The translations under genes were made by a program, and so were the position numbers. DNA of 64,000 nucleotides from Nitrospira sp. CG24A (GTDB lineage Bacteria > Nitrospirota > Nitrospiria > Nitrospirales > Nitrospiraceae): assembly GCA_002869925.2 (NCBI GenBank), contig NEWT02000035.1, forward strand, positions 587,442 to 651,441, given 5' to 3'. Under the pieces are notes generated by a model. It saw only the letters and a program-made list of their open reading frames with translations, made no database searches and was not told where the DNA came from. Of this stretch, positions 9,907 through 19,627 are shown piece after piece. How positions within the stretch are numbered: the stretch's first letter is position 1; each line of letters opens with the position of its first letter.

Positions 9907-11730
9907 ATGGCTACGCGTCTGATGCCGACTCTGCCGATCTTTGTGCTGGCAATGGGCCTCGCGCTCCAGACAGCCTGCAACCATCTACAGACACCCCGCT
10001 TTATGTATCCCAATGAGCAGGAGCCGGTCATCCCGCTCTCGGTCACGCTGGTCTTCGATGAGCCAGTCCGTTCAGCCACCGTGGAACAAATAGTCTGCTC
10101 CAACGTGCAGTGGAAAGGCCGTCTAGGGGATGCGATTGTCCAGTCCTTCTCCGAAACCGGACGCGCCCGACTAGCGCATCTGACCATCGGAGAGCCGTCG
10201 GGTACGGCACAACCGGTCACCGCTCCACCATCAGCATTCACGGCAAACATCACGATGGCGAGCGCTGCCTTCACGCCCACCTCACGCAGTGGGTCAGACG
10301 ATACTAACTACCTTGCTCAGTTCGATGTCCGCCTCACCGCAACCTTTCACGATACCCAAGGACGCCGATTCCCTGAAGCACCGATGGTCTATTCGAATCG
10401 CGTGGCGTTGTGGACGCCCCAAATTGGCGGCAGCGACAACCAATGCGCCACCGGGCAGCTGGACGCAGCCGTGCGAACGGCAGCCGATCATCTCGCCAAC
10501 CAACTCATGGGATACCTGAAGCAACTGCAAGAAAAGACGCAGGTGGACAGCACCGCACGCCGGCAGAATCCCGATGCCGGTCCAAGCCTGATGGCCCTCA
10601 AGGCGACCTTGCTTGATGCCAACAACAATCTTGTGCTGGAGGGCGGTGAAAAGATCGGCGTGAGGATCGACGTCACGAATACCGGCACGGCCATGCTGGG
10701 CGCGACGGCTGTCACCCTCTCGGGAACACCCGCGCTCATCGATGCCTTCACGGGTGCACTATCGCGACCGGTTCAGATCGCGGCTCTCCAACCAGGGGAA
10801 ACGAAGAGCGCCATCCTGTGGGGAACATTACAGACAGGCCTTGAAGCGTCGCGAGGTGAGCTCACCGTGACCGTCACACCGTCTGGAACAACCAACGACA
10901 CACCGGCAACACAAACCCTTCTCGCCGCTATATTCGCTCGCGGCACGTCGGCGGCAGCCGCATCTTCGTCCACCATACGGCCTGGCCCAATCACCATCGG
11001 AGACGGCCAGAAACTGGATCGATGTGCTGTCATCGTGGGAGTGAGCCAGTACCGAACCCCTTGGCCTGGCTGGCAGGACGGACTCGCATTCGATACCAAA
11101 GAAACTGTTTCTCTGTTTTCCAACTCTCTCCATGTACCTGAAGGGCGAACCTTACTCCTCCAAGATGAGCTGGCAGCTCAGGCCGACATTGAAGAAGCAC
11201 TCACCCTCTGGCTCCCCAAGCGGGTCACGAAGGATACAATCGTCTACTTCTATTTCGCTGGACACGCACGTGCCGACTCCAAGACCGGTGAAGTATTTCT
11301 GATGCCCTACGACAGCACCCCGCAATCGTCACCGTTCCGGTTAATCTCCCTCCGGTTTCTCCAACACCGCCTGCTGAAGCTGGGAGCCAAACTCGCAGTC
11401 GCTGTCATCGAAGCACCGATAGACGACACAGGCGCAACGACGAAGCACAGCCCACGTCAACACGCCTCTCCCAATTGGATCGGGGATCTTGGCGGATCGT
11501 CCAACAGTGGGACTGGAACGATCGTTCAAATCTCTCGTCGTAACTCGCCGTCGCAGAGTCGGCAGAGTCTTCTGAAGGGATTAACCGGCCAGGCGGACCG
11601 TGACAACGACGGAACCGTCACCCTCGGTGAATGGCTCCGCTCACTCAGATCCATCGCGATCACAGCGCCAATGCTCCCTCCCGATCTTGCCGTTCAGTCC
11701 ATTCCACTGAGTCGCATAAATCAGCCGTAA
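9907..11730 (+). CDS. Lipoprotein with Ig-like (CARDB-type) region, caspase-like (C14) domain lacking the catalytic Cys, and a C-terminal EF-hand-like loop
   Basis: Lipobox LALQTAC. Caspase-like CAVIVGVSQY...IVYFYFAGHARAD, with the His codon at 11263. AVIEAPIDD stands where D-x-C-x-S-G is expected. DRDNDGTVTLGE at 11596-11631. Confidence 0.65.
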   Translation: MATRLMPTLPIFVLAMGLALQTACNHLQTPRFMYPNEQEPVIPLSVTLVFDEPVRSATVEQIVCSNVQWKGRLGDAIVQSFSETGRARLAHLTIGEPSGTAQPVTAPPSAFTANITMASAAFTPTSRSGSDDTNYLAQFDVRLTATFHDTQGRRFPEAPMVYSNRVALWTPQIGGSDNQCATGQLDAAVRTAADHLANQLMGYLKQLQEKTQVDSTARRQNPDAGPSLMALKATLLDANNNLVLEGGEKIGVRIDVTNTGTAMLGATAVTLSGTPALIDAFTGALSRPVQIAALQPGETKSAILWGTLQTGLEASRGELTVTVTPSGTTNDTPATQTLLAAIFARGTSAAAASSSTIRPGPITIGDGQKLDRCAVIVGVSQYRTPWPGWQDGLAFDTKETVSLFSNSLHVPEGRTLLLQDELAAQADIEEALTLWLPKRVTKDTIVYFYFAGHARADSKTGEVFLMPYDSTPQSSPFRLISLRFLQHRLLKLGAKLAVAVIEAPIDDTGATTKHSPRQHASPNWIGDLGGSSNSGTGTIVQISRRNSPSQSRQSLLKGLTGQADRDNDGTVTLGEWLRSLRSIAITAPMLPPDLAVQSIPLSRINQP

Positions 11731-11750
11731 GGCCCACTCCAGTAAGCAGG

Positions 11751-13418
11751 TTAGAAGTTCACATGCACCTGCGTATAGGCCCAGATCGAATTGACCGCTG
11801 AGGCCCCGCTCCCCGCAGCATTCCCCGCAGCCAATTGGTCGAGCATCTTGCCGGCAAGCAGATACGAGACGCCGGCTTGCCAGGCTACTTTATTCTCCTT
11901 GAAGAATATGGTGTAGACGCCATCAATTTCCTTGTACAGAGAGTTGCTGGTCGCAATACCCGTCGTAGTCCCGCCACCGGAATTTCCTGCTGCAGTCGCT
12001 GTGGAGAAGCAGCCCTGACTGGCGGTATACCAACAGTCATTGTTGTTGGCCTTGCGAAAAATCCAGAATCGAAAATCCAGGTGTTGCGCGATGCTTGGCT
12101 TCATCTGCACACTGGCGCTGTACCCGACCATGTTTCGCCAGGCCATCCGGTCGGCATAACCCATCAGAATATGGTTGGTCGGATAGAGATTCTCGAAGGT
12201 GTTCGCATTGCCGCCGCAACCAGCCCCGGTGCTCCCATCGCAACTCTTCGCGCTGCCGTCACCGGACGCATAGTTAAATTCCACACCCACGCGTGGTGTC
12301 CACGGCAGTTGTTCCACAGTCAACCCGCCCTCGAAGGCCATGGCGTGGGCATTGATGCGGAGCCGATCCGAGCTCTGCGCAAGGCCTATCGATCCGGTCT
12401 GCCAGTAGGACTCGGCTGTTCCATCGAACGGGCCCTGACGATAGGCAATACGTCCCCCCAACGTATGACGCTGTTGCCCTGGCGCATGCGCTGCCGTACC
12501 GCCAAAGGTCGTCGCGGTACCCACCGCACTATTCCCACCCGGTACGACTGCCGCATTATTGTTGAGATAGACCCAGAGAGGTTCAACCGATAGGCCCGCC
12601 ATGGGCTTGAAGGCCACCCGGGTAAAAAAGAGGTCTGCGTCGGCATTCCCTGCCCCGAGGGAGACGACCCCACCTCCCCCCGCGCAACCAGTCGTACCGG
12701 TTCCGCAGGATGAGTTCGCGGCGTTGGCTTCTGTGTCGGCGAGGCGCACCCAGCCCCCCCAGACTTCGTACATTTTCTGTGAATATTGAAGGGTGACGCC
12801 ATCGAACGAGAAGCCGATATTATTCCAATCAAACGAACCGAACAACCGCTGGTTCCCCATCACGATGAGTTGACGCCCCCCCTTAATGCTGAGGCCATCG
12901 ATCCCAAGATTGCGGATCAGTATGTAGGCCTGCCGGATGCCGAGGCTGGTGAGCGTGTTGGGATCGTTTGCCGCGCTCGGAGAATTGTTCGCTCCCCAAT
13001 TCTTCGCATATTGCATCTGGAAAAAAGTGTCGACGTCGGGCGACACCGCATAGTTGAGCCCAAGCCGAGCCCATTGTTGAACGAATTGATCCGTCACACC
13101 GTTCGACGCCGCGCCCGTCGCACGTCCAAGACCACTGGTGTTCGCCAACCCAAAGTTCGAATTGTTCCGCCATTCCGGTCTAATCCGTGCGTCGCCGGAA
13201 ATCGTCACTCTGGAAATATCAAATAAGGGACTCCTGGGAGGATCGAAGTTCCAATACCGTACGAGATCCGGCATTCCGCGCGTGACCGTCGGCTCCATCC
13301 CCGGTTGATCCTTGACTTCATCCGTCCCCGGTGGATTCGCCCATGCATAGGTCACAGGCAGCGCCGCGAGCAGGACGGCTGCCAACACTCCATTTAGAGC
13401 CATCATCTCTCGTCTCAT
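11751..13418 (-). CDS. Putative outer-membrane beta-barrel porin
   Basis: Signal peptide ending AWA. Gly/Asn/Tyr-rich alternating pattern. C-terminal ...YTQVHVNF with terminal Phe. Start chosen at MRREMMALNG. Confidence 0.55.
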   Translation of the reverse strand: MRREMMALNGVLAAVLLAALPVTYAWANPPGTDEVKDQPGMEPTVTRGMPDLVRYWNFDPPRSPLFDISRVTISGDARIRPEWRNNSNFGLANTSGLGRATGAASNGVTDQFVQQWARLGLNYAVSPDVDTFFQMQYAKNWGANNSPSAANDPNTLTSLGIRQAYILIRNLGIDGLSIKGGRQLIVMGNQRLFGSFDWNNIGFSFDGVTLQYSQKMYEVWGGWVRLADTEANAANSSCGTGTTGCAGGGGVVSLGAGNADADLFFTRVAFKPMAGLSVEPLWVYLNNNAAVVPGGNSAVGTATTFGGTAAHAPGQQRHTLGGRIAYRQGPFDGTAESYWQTGSIGLAQSSDRLRINAHAMAFEGGLTVEQLPWTPRVGVEFNYASGDGSAKSCDGSTGAGCGGNANTFENLYPTNHILMGYADRMAWRNMVGYSASVQMKPSIAQHLDFRFWIFRKANNNDCWYTASQGCFSTATAAGNSGGGTTTGIATSNSLYKEIDGVYTIFFKENKVAWQAGVSYLLAGKMLDQLAAGNAAGSGASAVNSIWAYTQVHVNF

Positions 13419-13486
13419 CACGCTCCCCCTGTCCGGTGATCCGTCATGTCCGGCGACAACCGTCCCGATGTTTCCCAACCACCTCC

Positions 13487-14308
13487 TCAATAATCGACAA
13501 AGACTTTTCGGACCGGGAACTCAAAGCTGACGGTAACGGTCTCTTTTGGCTTAATCTCAATTTCCTGTTCACGAATATGCGGCCTATCGTAAATCGGGTG
13601 CCCGACCTCCTCCCGTATAACCTTGTAGCCTTCATGCCAGGCGACCAGCGTGTACTTGCCTGGCGGAACTCCGCTAATCGCAAACCTTCCGTCGGCGTCC
13701 GTGACCGCAAAATATGGATGATCAAATCCAGCCCAATACGCGTTCATGTTGTTATGGACATCGCACTGCAGCCGCATGACGCCCTTTTCGTTCCTGAGGG
13801 GTGTCCGAAGAAACTTATGTTCAATTTGTTGATTGGGATCCGGCATGGGGACATTCAAGAGCGAGACATTCTTGGCGTTGAAAAAGTGTGGGTTGTGGAA
13901 AAACGAATCGTGGTTGACCATCGCCATCGTTTGGTTGCGGACAAACGGGAAAATATGTTCCGTAAATTGGCAATTCGCCATATGAAGCCCGTATTTATCC
14001 GCCGGCGCCTTCCCCTTCTCTACCTGTTCCAGATAGACCAGCACATACGACACACCGTTATTTTTCGAATTGACCAGTAAGGCCTGAGACTTCGCTTCCT
14101 CGCCACAGACGCCCGTGTCTGTCTCGATCTCAATCGGTTGAAGGTCCGGGAGATCGCCGTTCCATTTCGCCACTCCGGTAATGACCCCTCCATCTGTCAC
14201 ATCGATCACCTGGTACGGCTCAGCAAAGATGGGCCCTACGGCAACCGCTAGAAACCCCATCACCAGCAGCGGCACCATCCAGGATGTGAAAATTTTTGCT
14301 CGACTCAT
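13487..14308 (-). CDS. Secreted cupredoxin-like protein with carboxypeptidase-regulatory-like C-terminal domain
   Basis: GGAGG precedes the ATG at 14308, followed by a signal anchor. Candidate type-1 Cu ligands NHDSFFHNPH and C-D-V-H-N-N-M. C-terminal TDADGRFAISGVPPGKYTLVAWHEG. Confidence 0.5.
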   Translation of the reverse strand: MSRAKIFTSWMVPLLVMGFLAVAVGPIFAEPYQVIDVTDGGVITGVAKWNGDLPDLQPIEIETDTGVCGEEAKSQALLVNSKNNGVSYVLVYLEQVEKGKAPADKYGLHMANCQFTEHIFPFVRNQTMAMVNHDSFFHNPHFFNAKNVSLLNVPMPDPNQQIEHKFLRTPLRNEKGVMRLQCDVHNNMNAYWAGFDHPYFAVTDADGRFAISGVPPGKYTLVAWHEGYKVIREEVGHPIYDRPHIREQEIEIKPKETVTVSFEFPVRKVFVDY

Positions 14309-14613
14309 GCGTGAACCTCCTTGTGGATTAGCCGGACTCCATATCCGTGCGCACAACCACATCACGTCATCAGGGTGTCCCACGTAGTCTGCCCTACGAT
14401 GGTTGCCGTGTCGAAATTGGAATAATCTTTCGAACGTGATGTGGAGTTCAGGCGGTTGACCGTCAGGAGAGCATACAGACGCGACGAGTAACGAAGAACA
14501 GGATGTTGGCATGGATACTCTGCCGCACATGGGCTAGCCTCCATACCTCCGTTCATCGGAGCAACGGACGTATGGGATTCTACGCTTCGTCAAACCAAGA
14601 CACAACGGTGTGC

Positions 14614-14686
14614 CGTGAAATCGCTGAGCCGCGCCGTGAGACCTGCGTGCGGAGCCGTGAGGACCCCAGGCTACGAGTCCTACACG
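14614..14686. repeat. Partial internal copy of family-A palindromic element, without terminal inverted repeats
   Basis: CGTGAAATCGCTGAGCCGCGCCGTGAGACCTGCGTGCGGAGCCGTGAGGACCCCAGG aligns with the interior of the copies at 44737-44929 and 47327-47520. Confidence 0.6.
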
Positions 14687-14809
14687 CCTATCGCATTGGA
14701 AGCCACAGATCAGGCATGCGGTACGCGGATAACGACCGAGGAACCCCTCTCTGGATGGGAGCGAGATCAGCCAGTCAAAAGCGTGACAGGACAACTCAGA
14801 CCGCAATCG

Positions 14810-15919
14810 TTATTTCGTCTTCTCGTCTTCACGCTTTGGCCTGCCACCCGCCCCCCGAACATTGACAAACTTCTGTAACAGGTCGAACCAGAACGGGGCA
14901 CCGAGGGTAAGGGCGGTTGCCGTGAACATCCAGCCAAGGACTTGCATGAGCGTAAGGGTGGTAAGGTTCTTCTTCGCGCACTCCCAAGAACCTAGGGACA
15001 TGGGTGTCTGATCGGGGAGCGAAGTTCCAGCCGCGCTGGTTCCGCTGCAATTCCATCCAATCGGCAGAGACCTGAGCGTGTCCTCGGTCTTATTGATCGC
15101 CTCGTACAGTTTGGCCTTATCGACTCCTTCCGGGACATCGGGAAACGGTTCTTGTGCCACCTGTGTCGCGATGGCAACGATAGATGCTCGACGGTCTTGA
15201 TCACTCCACAACGTCACCGCGACATTGAAGCTGTCGGCATTGAACGCGATGGTCACGATCAACCCGACCAGCATTGAGATCCATTTGAGCTGGCGCTTGT
15301 AGGCGCCGCTCAACCGTTCCATCGAGTCGTCGAACCACGTCGCAATGCTCGTCCTCAACTTGTCGACGTCGGCGCCCGCCTCTGTCAGACTTGACAGTAA
15401 GACATCTCGAATACGGCTGGCGGGGAGGTTTTTCACGGTGTTCTCAATGTCCTGGATCACCGGCAAAGGCTTTGCTGTATCGAGGCTTGCGATCAGTGCA
15501 AGCGCCACACTCCGGCTGGACAGATAGCTAGGATGGCTCTCAGGCGCCATAGGCGTAGGCACACGCACCACCAGCCCAGACGGTGCGGAAGGAGACGTTG
15601 CTGGCTGGGTAGAGAGCTCGGCCGGTGGGCTGCTTATCATCATGTCCCTGACACCACTCGCGACACTGCTCATACCGCCCATTGTCGACTGTGGGCCGGT
15701 TGCTGTCACACGCATATTGGTGGCAATCAGTCCGTGCCGATAGAAGGCTTTGCGCAGCGCCTGATTGTCGAGCAGCTGCTCAATCGCCGAGGCGAGCGAC
15801 TTGGCTCGTAGTTTCAGTTTTGTGGCGATGAATTCATTAATGACCGTGCAGAGCAAGCTCAGCATCAAGTACATGAGGATCAAGGCGATAGTGACGTCAA
15901 TGGCAGCATTCTGAAACAT
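14810..15919 (-). CDS. Integral membrane protein, unknown function
   Basis: Hydrophobic segments at the N-terminus, mid-protein and C-terminus, and a basic C-terminal tail. No recognised motif. Confidence 0.6.
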   Translation of the reverse strand: MFQNAAIDVTIALILMYLMLSLLCTVINEFIATKLKLRAKSLASAIEQLLDNQALRKAFYRHGLIATNMRVTATGPQSTMGGMSSVASGVRDMMISSPPAELSTQPATSPSAPSGLVVRVPTPMAPESHPSYLSSRSVALALIASLDTAKPLPVIQDIENTVKNLPASRIRDVLLSSLTEAGADVDKLRTSIATWFDDSMERLSGAYKRQLKWISMLVGLIVTIAFNADSFNVAVTLWSDQDRRASIVAIATQVAQEPFPDVPEGVDKAKLYEAINKTEDTLRSLPIGWNCSGTSAAGTSLPDQTPMSLGSWECAKKNLTTLTLMQVLGWMFTATALTLGAPFWFDLLQKFVNVRGAGGRPKREDEKTK

Positions 15920-16135
15920 GGTCTCTCTCCCCGATCCACTGAGTAATACAGTGTTGCCCGCCTCAATGAGAGCTCTATCGGATCAGCCCTCTTTGTTCCA
16001 TCAGGGTGACAACAAAACAGACTTCCGAGGACCCACCCTCTCTATCGCGGTCACGTTCTGTGTCGGTCGCCTGACAACAGCCTGAAATGAGAATCGCTGC
16101 GTCAACCAGCAGGATGGCCCCTGAGCGCCTTAGCC

Positions 16136-16435
16136 TCAAAGAAATTGAGTCGCTCGGCGCGTATCACTGCCTTCTCGAAGCTTGTCCAACAGGTCTACGG
16201 TGCTGATCATGTCATCGACTTGAATGTCCGACATGCCGATATCGACCAACAGAGATCGTTTCGACAAGACAGCATCCGTCTGACCAGACCCCCTCCGTTG
16301 GGGAAGGCACTGCACCATTGCCCCATCTTTATGTGCTGGCGACCTGACGCCGAGCGACGCGCCGATGGAGAGAAACGAATGGTATCTGGATAACTTCGCC
16401 GCTCGAGGCGTTTTTTTCCTTAGCATCTTTTCCAT
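16136..16435 (-). CDS. Hypothetical 99 aa protein
   Basis: GAGGTGA Shine-Dalgarno before MEKMLRKK. No recognised domain. Confidence 0.4.
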   Translation of the reverse strand: MEKMLRKKTPRAAKLSRYHSFLSIGASLGVRSPAHKDGAMVQCLPQRRGSGQTDAVLSKRSLLVDIGMSDIQVDDMISTVDLLDKLREGSDTRRATQFL

Positions 16436-16873
16436 TTTAATCACCTCATTCAGTGTGAACAGAACGCCTAGCAATGCTAGGTGGATCGCATATCGCACTT
16501 CCTGTCTTTATGCCTGACTCATATGAGTTGCACCTCAGTCCGAAGAGAGTCGTCTACCCTAGGGGCTTTCTCTTGTGCGATTCTGCATGTATCCAAAGCA
16601 AGCAAGATGCCAGCATGAGGCATGATCGTCGGATACATCGGACAGTATCTTCAATCTTAGAAGTTTCAGCGTGATACGCTTGGCAGATTCAACATGTAGG
16701 CTGATTGCGCACCGCCTGATCACCGACGCATGTATCAGAAGAGATTCACCAGGTGAATCCAATCCGATTCAAGGAACACTCAGCACGTTCGTGGTCTGAC
16801 TGCCGGCTTCATTCTGAATGGTCGTGTTGGGAGGCGGGGTACTGGCAATCAGATACTGTCCTGAAACGACAAC

Positions 16874-16902
16874 GGCGAGGCGTGGGATGCCCACGCCTCG
16901 CC
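16874..16902 (-). terminator. Perfect 13 bp stem-loop downstream of gene 17229-18221 and the B1 element
   Basis: GGCGAGGCGTGGG-ATG-CCCACGCCTCGCC. The downstream tract on the minus strand is only weakly U-rich (GTTGTCGTTTC). Confidence 0.35.
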
Positions 16903-16944
16903 GTACGCTTGACGCCAGCCGTGCGGCTGACGCTGTTGCCCTAA

Positions 16945-17152
16945 CAGGGTGCTGAAAAAGTCCGCCAGCGGCGTTCTCGCATCGCTCAGATCCTCAACGT
17001 ACCGAAGAGATTCTCGGAGATCGGAATCTCTGGAGGGGTTTTTCCGTTCGCCAAGCTCCATTGTAGGAGCGAACGGCTCCACGAAGTGCGGTGGGTACCT
17101 CCTCCGGCCTTCACTCGCTGCGGCCTTGCTGGGCGGCCTTTTTGAGCACCCT
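16945..17152. repeat. Family-B palindromic (MITE-like) element, long copy with an insertion in its central hairpin
   Basis: Ends are CAGGGTGCTGAAAAAGTCCGCCAGC and GGGCGGCCTTTTTGAGCACCCT. The core ATCCTCAACGTACC...GGTACCTCCTCC is split by ~85 bp that the 124-126 bp copies lack. Confidence 0.8.
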
Positions 17153-17228
17153 AAAAATACTCTTCTGCTTTGCTAACCATGCAGGCTATTGAAGTTTTAA
17201 CATCCGTAATTATTCTCCCCGCAGCCTG

Positions 17229-18221
17229 CTAGCTTCGGATGGAAAGAGTTATTGCGGTCTGACTCACTTCCTGATACGCAAAAACTACGCTGGCGCTCGT
17301 GATCCCCGGCGTCTGGACCTGTTCCGCAGGCTGGTCGGGATGGCGCTCCGGCACGCCCTTCAATTCATTCTCCAGATCTTCTCGTAGCTTCTGCAGGAAG
17401 TCTGGAAGATACTGCTCAACCTTGCGCGACTCCAGGCTGGCCTCCTCCAGAGCGTCTAACACTTGCCGCAGCAGCGACCTAGGCCTCTGCGTCTCCTGTG
17501 CGGGGGCACTGAGGTGTGCCCCGTTGGTGGGATTCGGAACAGATGAAGTAGTCGATAACGGAGTGGGCGCCGTAGTACCGGTGGACGGCTGCGGGATCGC
17601 CGCAACCGCCGAGGGCGCCCCATCCGGGGTAGCTACCTGAGACGTCGCGGCAGGTATCTGCAGTAGCCGGTTGACCGGCAACGCAGGAAAATCGGCCACC
17701 TCCGAGACAATATGCGCAGCAAGAACCGTGACGGACCGTTCCACATCCACATTGAGGCCTAGACCTGACAGAGAAGATAGTGCGCCAAACCGCTCGCCCA
17801 GCTTCGCCGTCTTGGCCAACGCTTCGTCATCCTGCCCACTCACATATTTCCTGAAGATGTTGGCGACATTTCGAAACAGCTTCTCCAAATCCTGAATCTC
17901 TTCTTCGTTCAAGTCGCCTTCGATCGTCACGCCAAATTCGTGTTTCAGCGAATACTCCGCATACGTCGCCTCGACATCGACTCTCCTCTCATCGCCTTCG
18001 ACACGGGACGTGTAGTTCACGGCGTGGAAATCGGATTCAAGATCCGCCGAGAGGGTGATTGTGTCTCCTTCCGCTGTCGTCACACTCAAACGGCCGGAGA
18101 AGTCGTTGGAGACGGCGACCCCGCTGACCTTGGTATCCAATCGTTGGACTCCCGCGTCGTGTGCAGACGGCAGGCGAAAGAACTGTGTGGGATCGAATTG
18201 AGTCAATGCTTGGACGGGCAT
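17229..18221 (-). CDS. Hypothetical protein with Pro/Thr/Ser-rich linker
   Basis: GAGGAAAC precedes the ATG at 18221 (MPVQALTQ). An acidic N-terminal domain, a low-complexity linker and a C-terminal helical region. Confidence 0.55.
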   Translation of the reverse strand: MPVQALTQFDPTQFFRLPSAHDAGVQRLDTKVSGVAVSNDFSGRLSVTTAEGDTITLSADLESDFHAVNYTSRVEGDERRVDVEATYAEYSLKHEFGVTIEGDLNEEEIQDLEKLFRNVANIFRKYVSGQDDEALAKTAKLGERFGALSSLSGLGLNVDVERSVTVLAAHIVSEVADFPALPVNRLLQIPAATSQVATPDGAPSAVAAIPQPSTGTTAPTPLSTTSSVPNPTNGAHLSAPAQETQRPRSLLRQVLDALEEASLESRKVEQYLPDFLQKLREDLENELKGVPERHPDQPAEQVQTPGITSASVVFAYQEVSQTAITLSIRS

Positions 18222-18372
18222 ACGGTGTTTCCTCGGCTCATAGGCTCGGTGCAACGCACCGCGATAGCTCTCCTATCGGCACACATCTGGCTGAACTGTA
18301 ACCCACCTGTGTTATAGTGGGACCGTCATATTTGGATAGAGCCGTGCTCTTCCACACTGAGGAGGTATCTGA

Positions 18373-18753
18373 ATGAAACAGGTCACTGTTTGGGCCATCA
18401 TACCGGTACTCATGTTGTTCGCATCAGGCTGCACACTCAAGTCCACGATTAAACAGACCACAGATACCACCTCCAACGTCACAGGCACGACTTCTGGCCA
18501 CGCCTGGTGGAATGAAGACGGACTCTTGCTCCCGGAGCATAAGGCCGTTGCCTTTGCACAATATAACGAAGCCAACCTGGAGCAGGACCTCGCGCGCGGA
18601 CAGGGGGAATATGTCACATCCCTCGCTGCCCTCTTGGGAGTCCCGAGCGACCGGCAGCCCTCCTTTCACGCAAAGGCACAGGGAGCGTTCGATACCCTAA
18701 CCACACCGGATCACGAGGCCCAGATTCACCGGTTGCGGATGCTGGCTGACTGA
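18373..18753 (+). CDS. Small lipoprotein (DUF3015-like from memory, unverified)
   Basis: GGAGG Shine-Dalgarno. Lipobox LMLFASGC. Motif NLEQDLARGQGEYVTSLAALLGV. Confidence 0.6.
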   Translation: MKQVTVWAIIPVLMLFASGCTLKSTIKQTTDTTSNVTGTTSGHAWWNEDGLLLPEHKAVAFAQYNEANLEQDLARGQGEYVTSLAALLGVPSDRQPSFHAKAQGAFDTLTTPDHEAQIHRLRMLAD

Positions 18754-18772
18754 CAGGAAGGTCCAGACATCG

Positions 18773-19627
18773 ATGCCCTCATTTCGTCGGATTTTTCATC
18801 CCACCGATTTCTCCGCAGCGGATTCAGCAGCCTTCGCCCATGCCGTAAAGCTCGCCTGCCTCGTGCAGGGAGAGCTGACGATGATGCACGTTGACCACAC
18901 GGTCGGGCGGCAAGGCTTCGAGGACTTCCCTCGCATCCGCCCACTCCTCGCTCGCTGGGGAGTGTTGCCGGAAGGCAGTTCAAAGGAAGATGTCGCGAGG
19001 CTGGGCGTCCAAATCAAACGTGTTCGCGCCGTCTCAGATGATACGACGGGCGCCATGCTCCAACACCTCACCTCCCACCCCACAGAGCTACTCGTGCTCT
19101 CGACGCACCAGCGTGAAGGACTTGCTCGTCTCACACACCACGCAGTTGCTGAGCCTGTGGCTCGCGGTTCCCACGCAATGGCACTCTTTGTTCCAGCCGG
19201 CGTCGAGGGATTCGTCTCAGCGGAGACGGGCCGCCCGAACTTGACTCGAGTGTTGATTCCGCTTACCCATAAACCAAACTCGCAACAGGCCATCGATCAT
19301 GCCGCGCACTTGGCAAGCACGCTAGACAGCAAACACGTCCTGTTTGAGCTGATCCATCTTGAGAAAGACGCCGATCTCCAGAAATTCACTCACCCAGAGC
19401 GCCCAGGCTGGTCATGGAATACCCTCGTTGCCACGGGCGATCCAGCCGAGTGGATCTTAGCGGCAGGCGCTGATTTCGATGTGGATCTGATCGTGATGAT
19501 GACGGAAAGACACACCAGCCTGTTCGACCTGCTTCGCGGGAGCACCACCGAACGGGTCGTTCGTGGCATACGCTGCCCCTTGCTTACTATTCCTGCCCGA
19601 CCAGAGTTACCCGTCCTTGCTCCATAG
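18773..19627 (+). CDS. Universal stress protein, tandem Usp domains
   Basis: RRIFHPTDFS...AFAHAV and a second half RVLIPL.H.....AIDHAA...LIVMMT..H....DLLRGSTTERVVRGIRCPLLTIP. Confidence 0.8.
   Translation: MPSFRRIFHPTDFSAADSAAFAHAVKLACLVQGELTMMHVDHTVGRQGFEDFPRIRPLLARWGVLPEGSSKEDVARLGVQIKRVRAVSDDTTGAMLQHLTSHPTELLVLSTHQREGLARLTHHAVAEPVARGSHAMALFVPAGVEGFVSAETGRPNLTRVLIPLTHKPNSQQAIDHAAHLASTLDSKHVLFELIHLEKDADLQKFTHPERPGWSWNTLVATGDPAEWILAAGADFDVDLIVMMTERHTSLFDLLRGSTTERVVRGIRCPLLTIPARPELPVLAP

Noticed and set aside
14495-14515. Sigma54-like TGGCAT-N-CTGC motif.
   Set aside because: The spacing and the -12 element do not fit TGGCAC-N5-TTGC, and there is no downstream gene in the right orientation.
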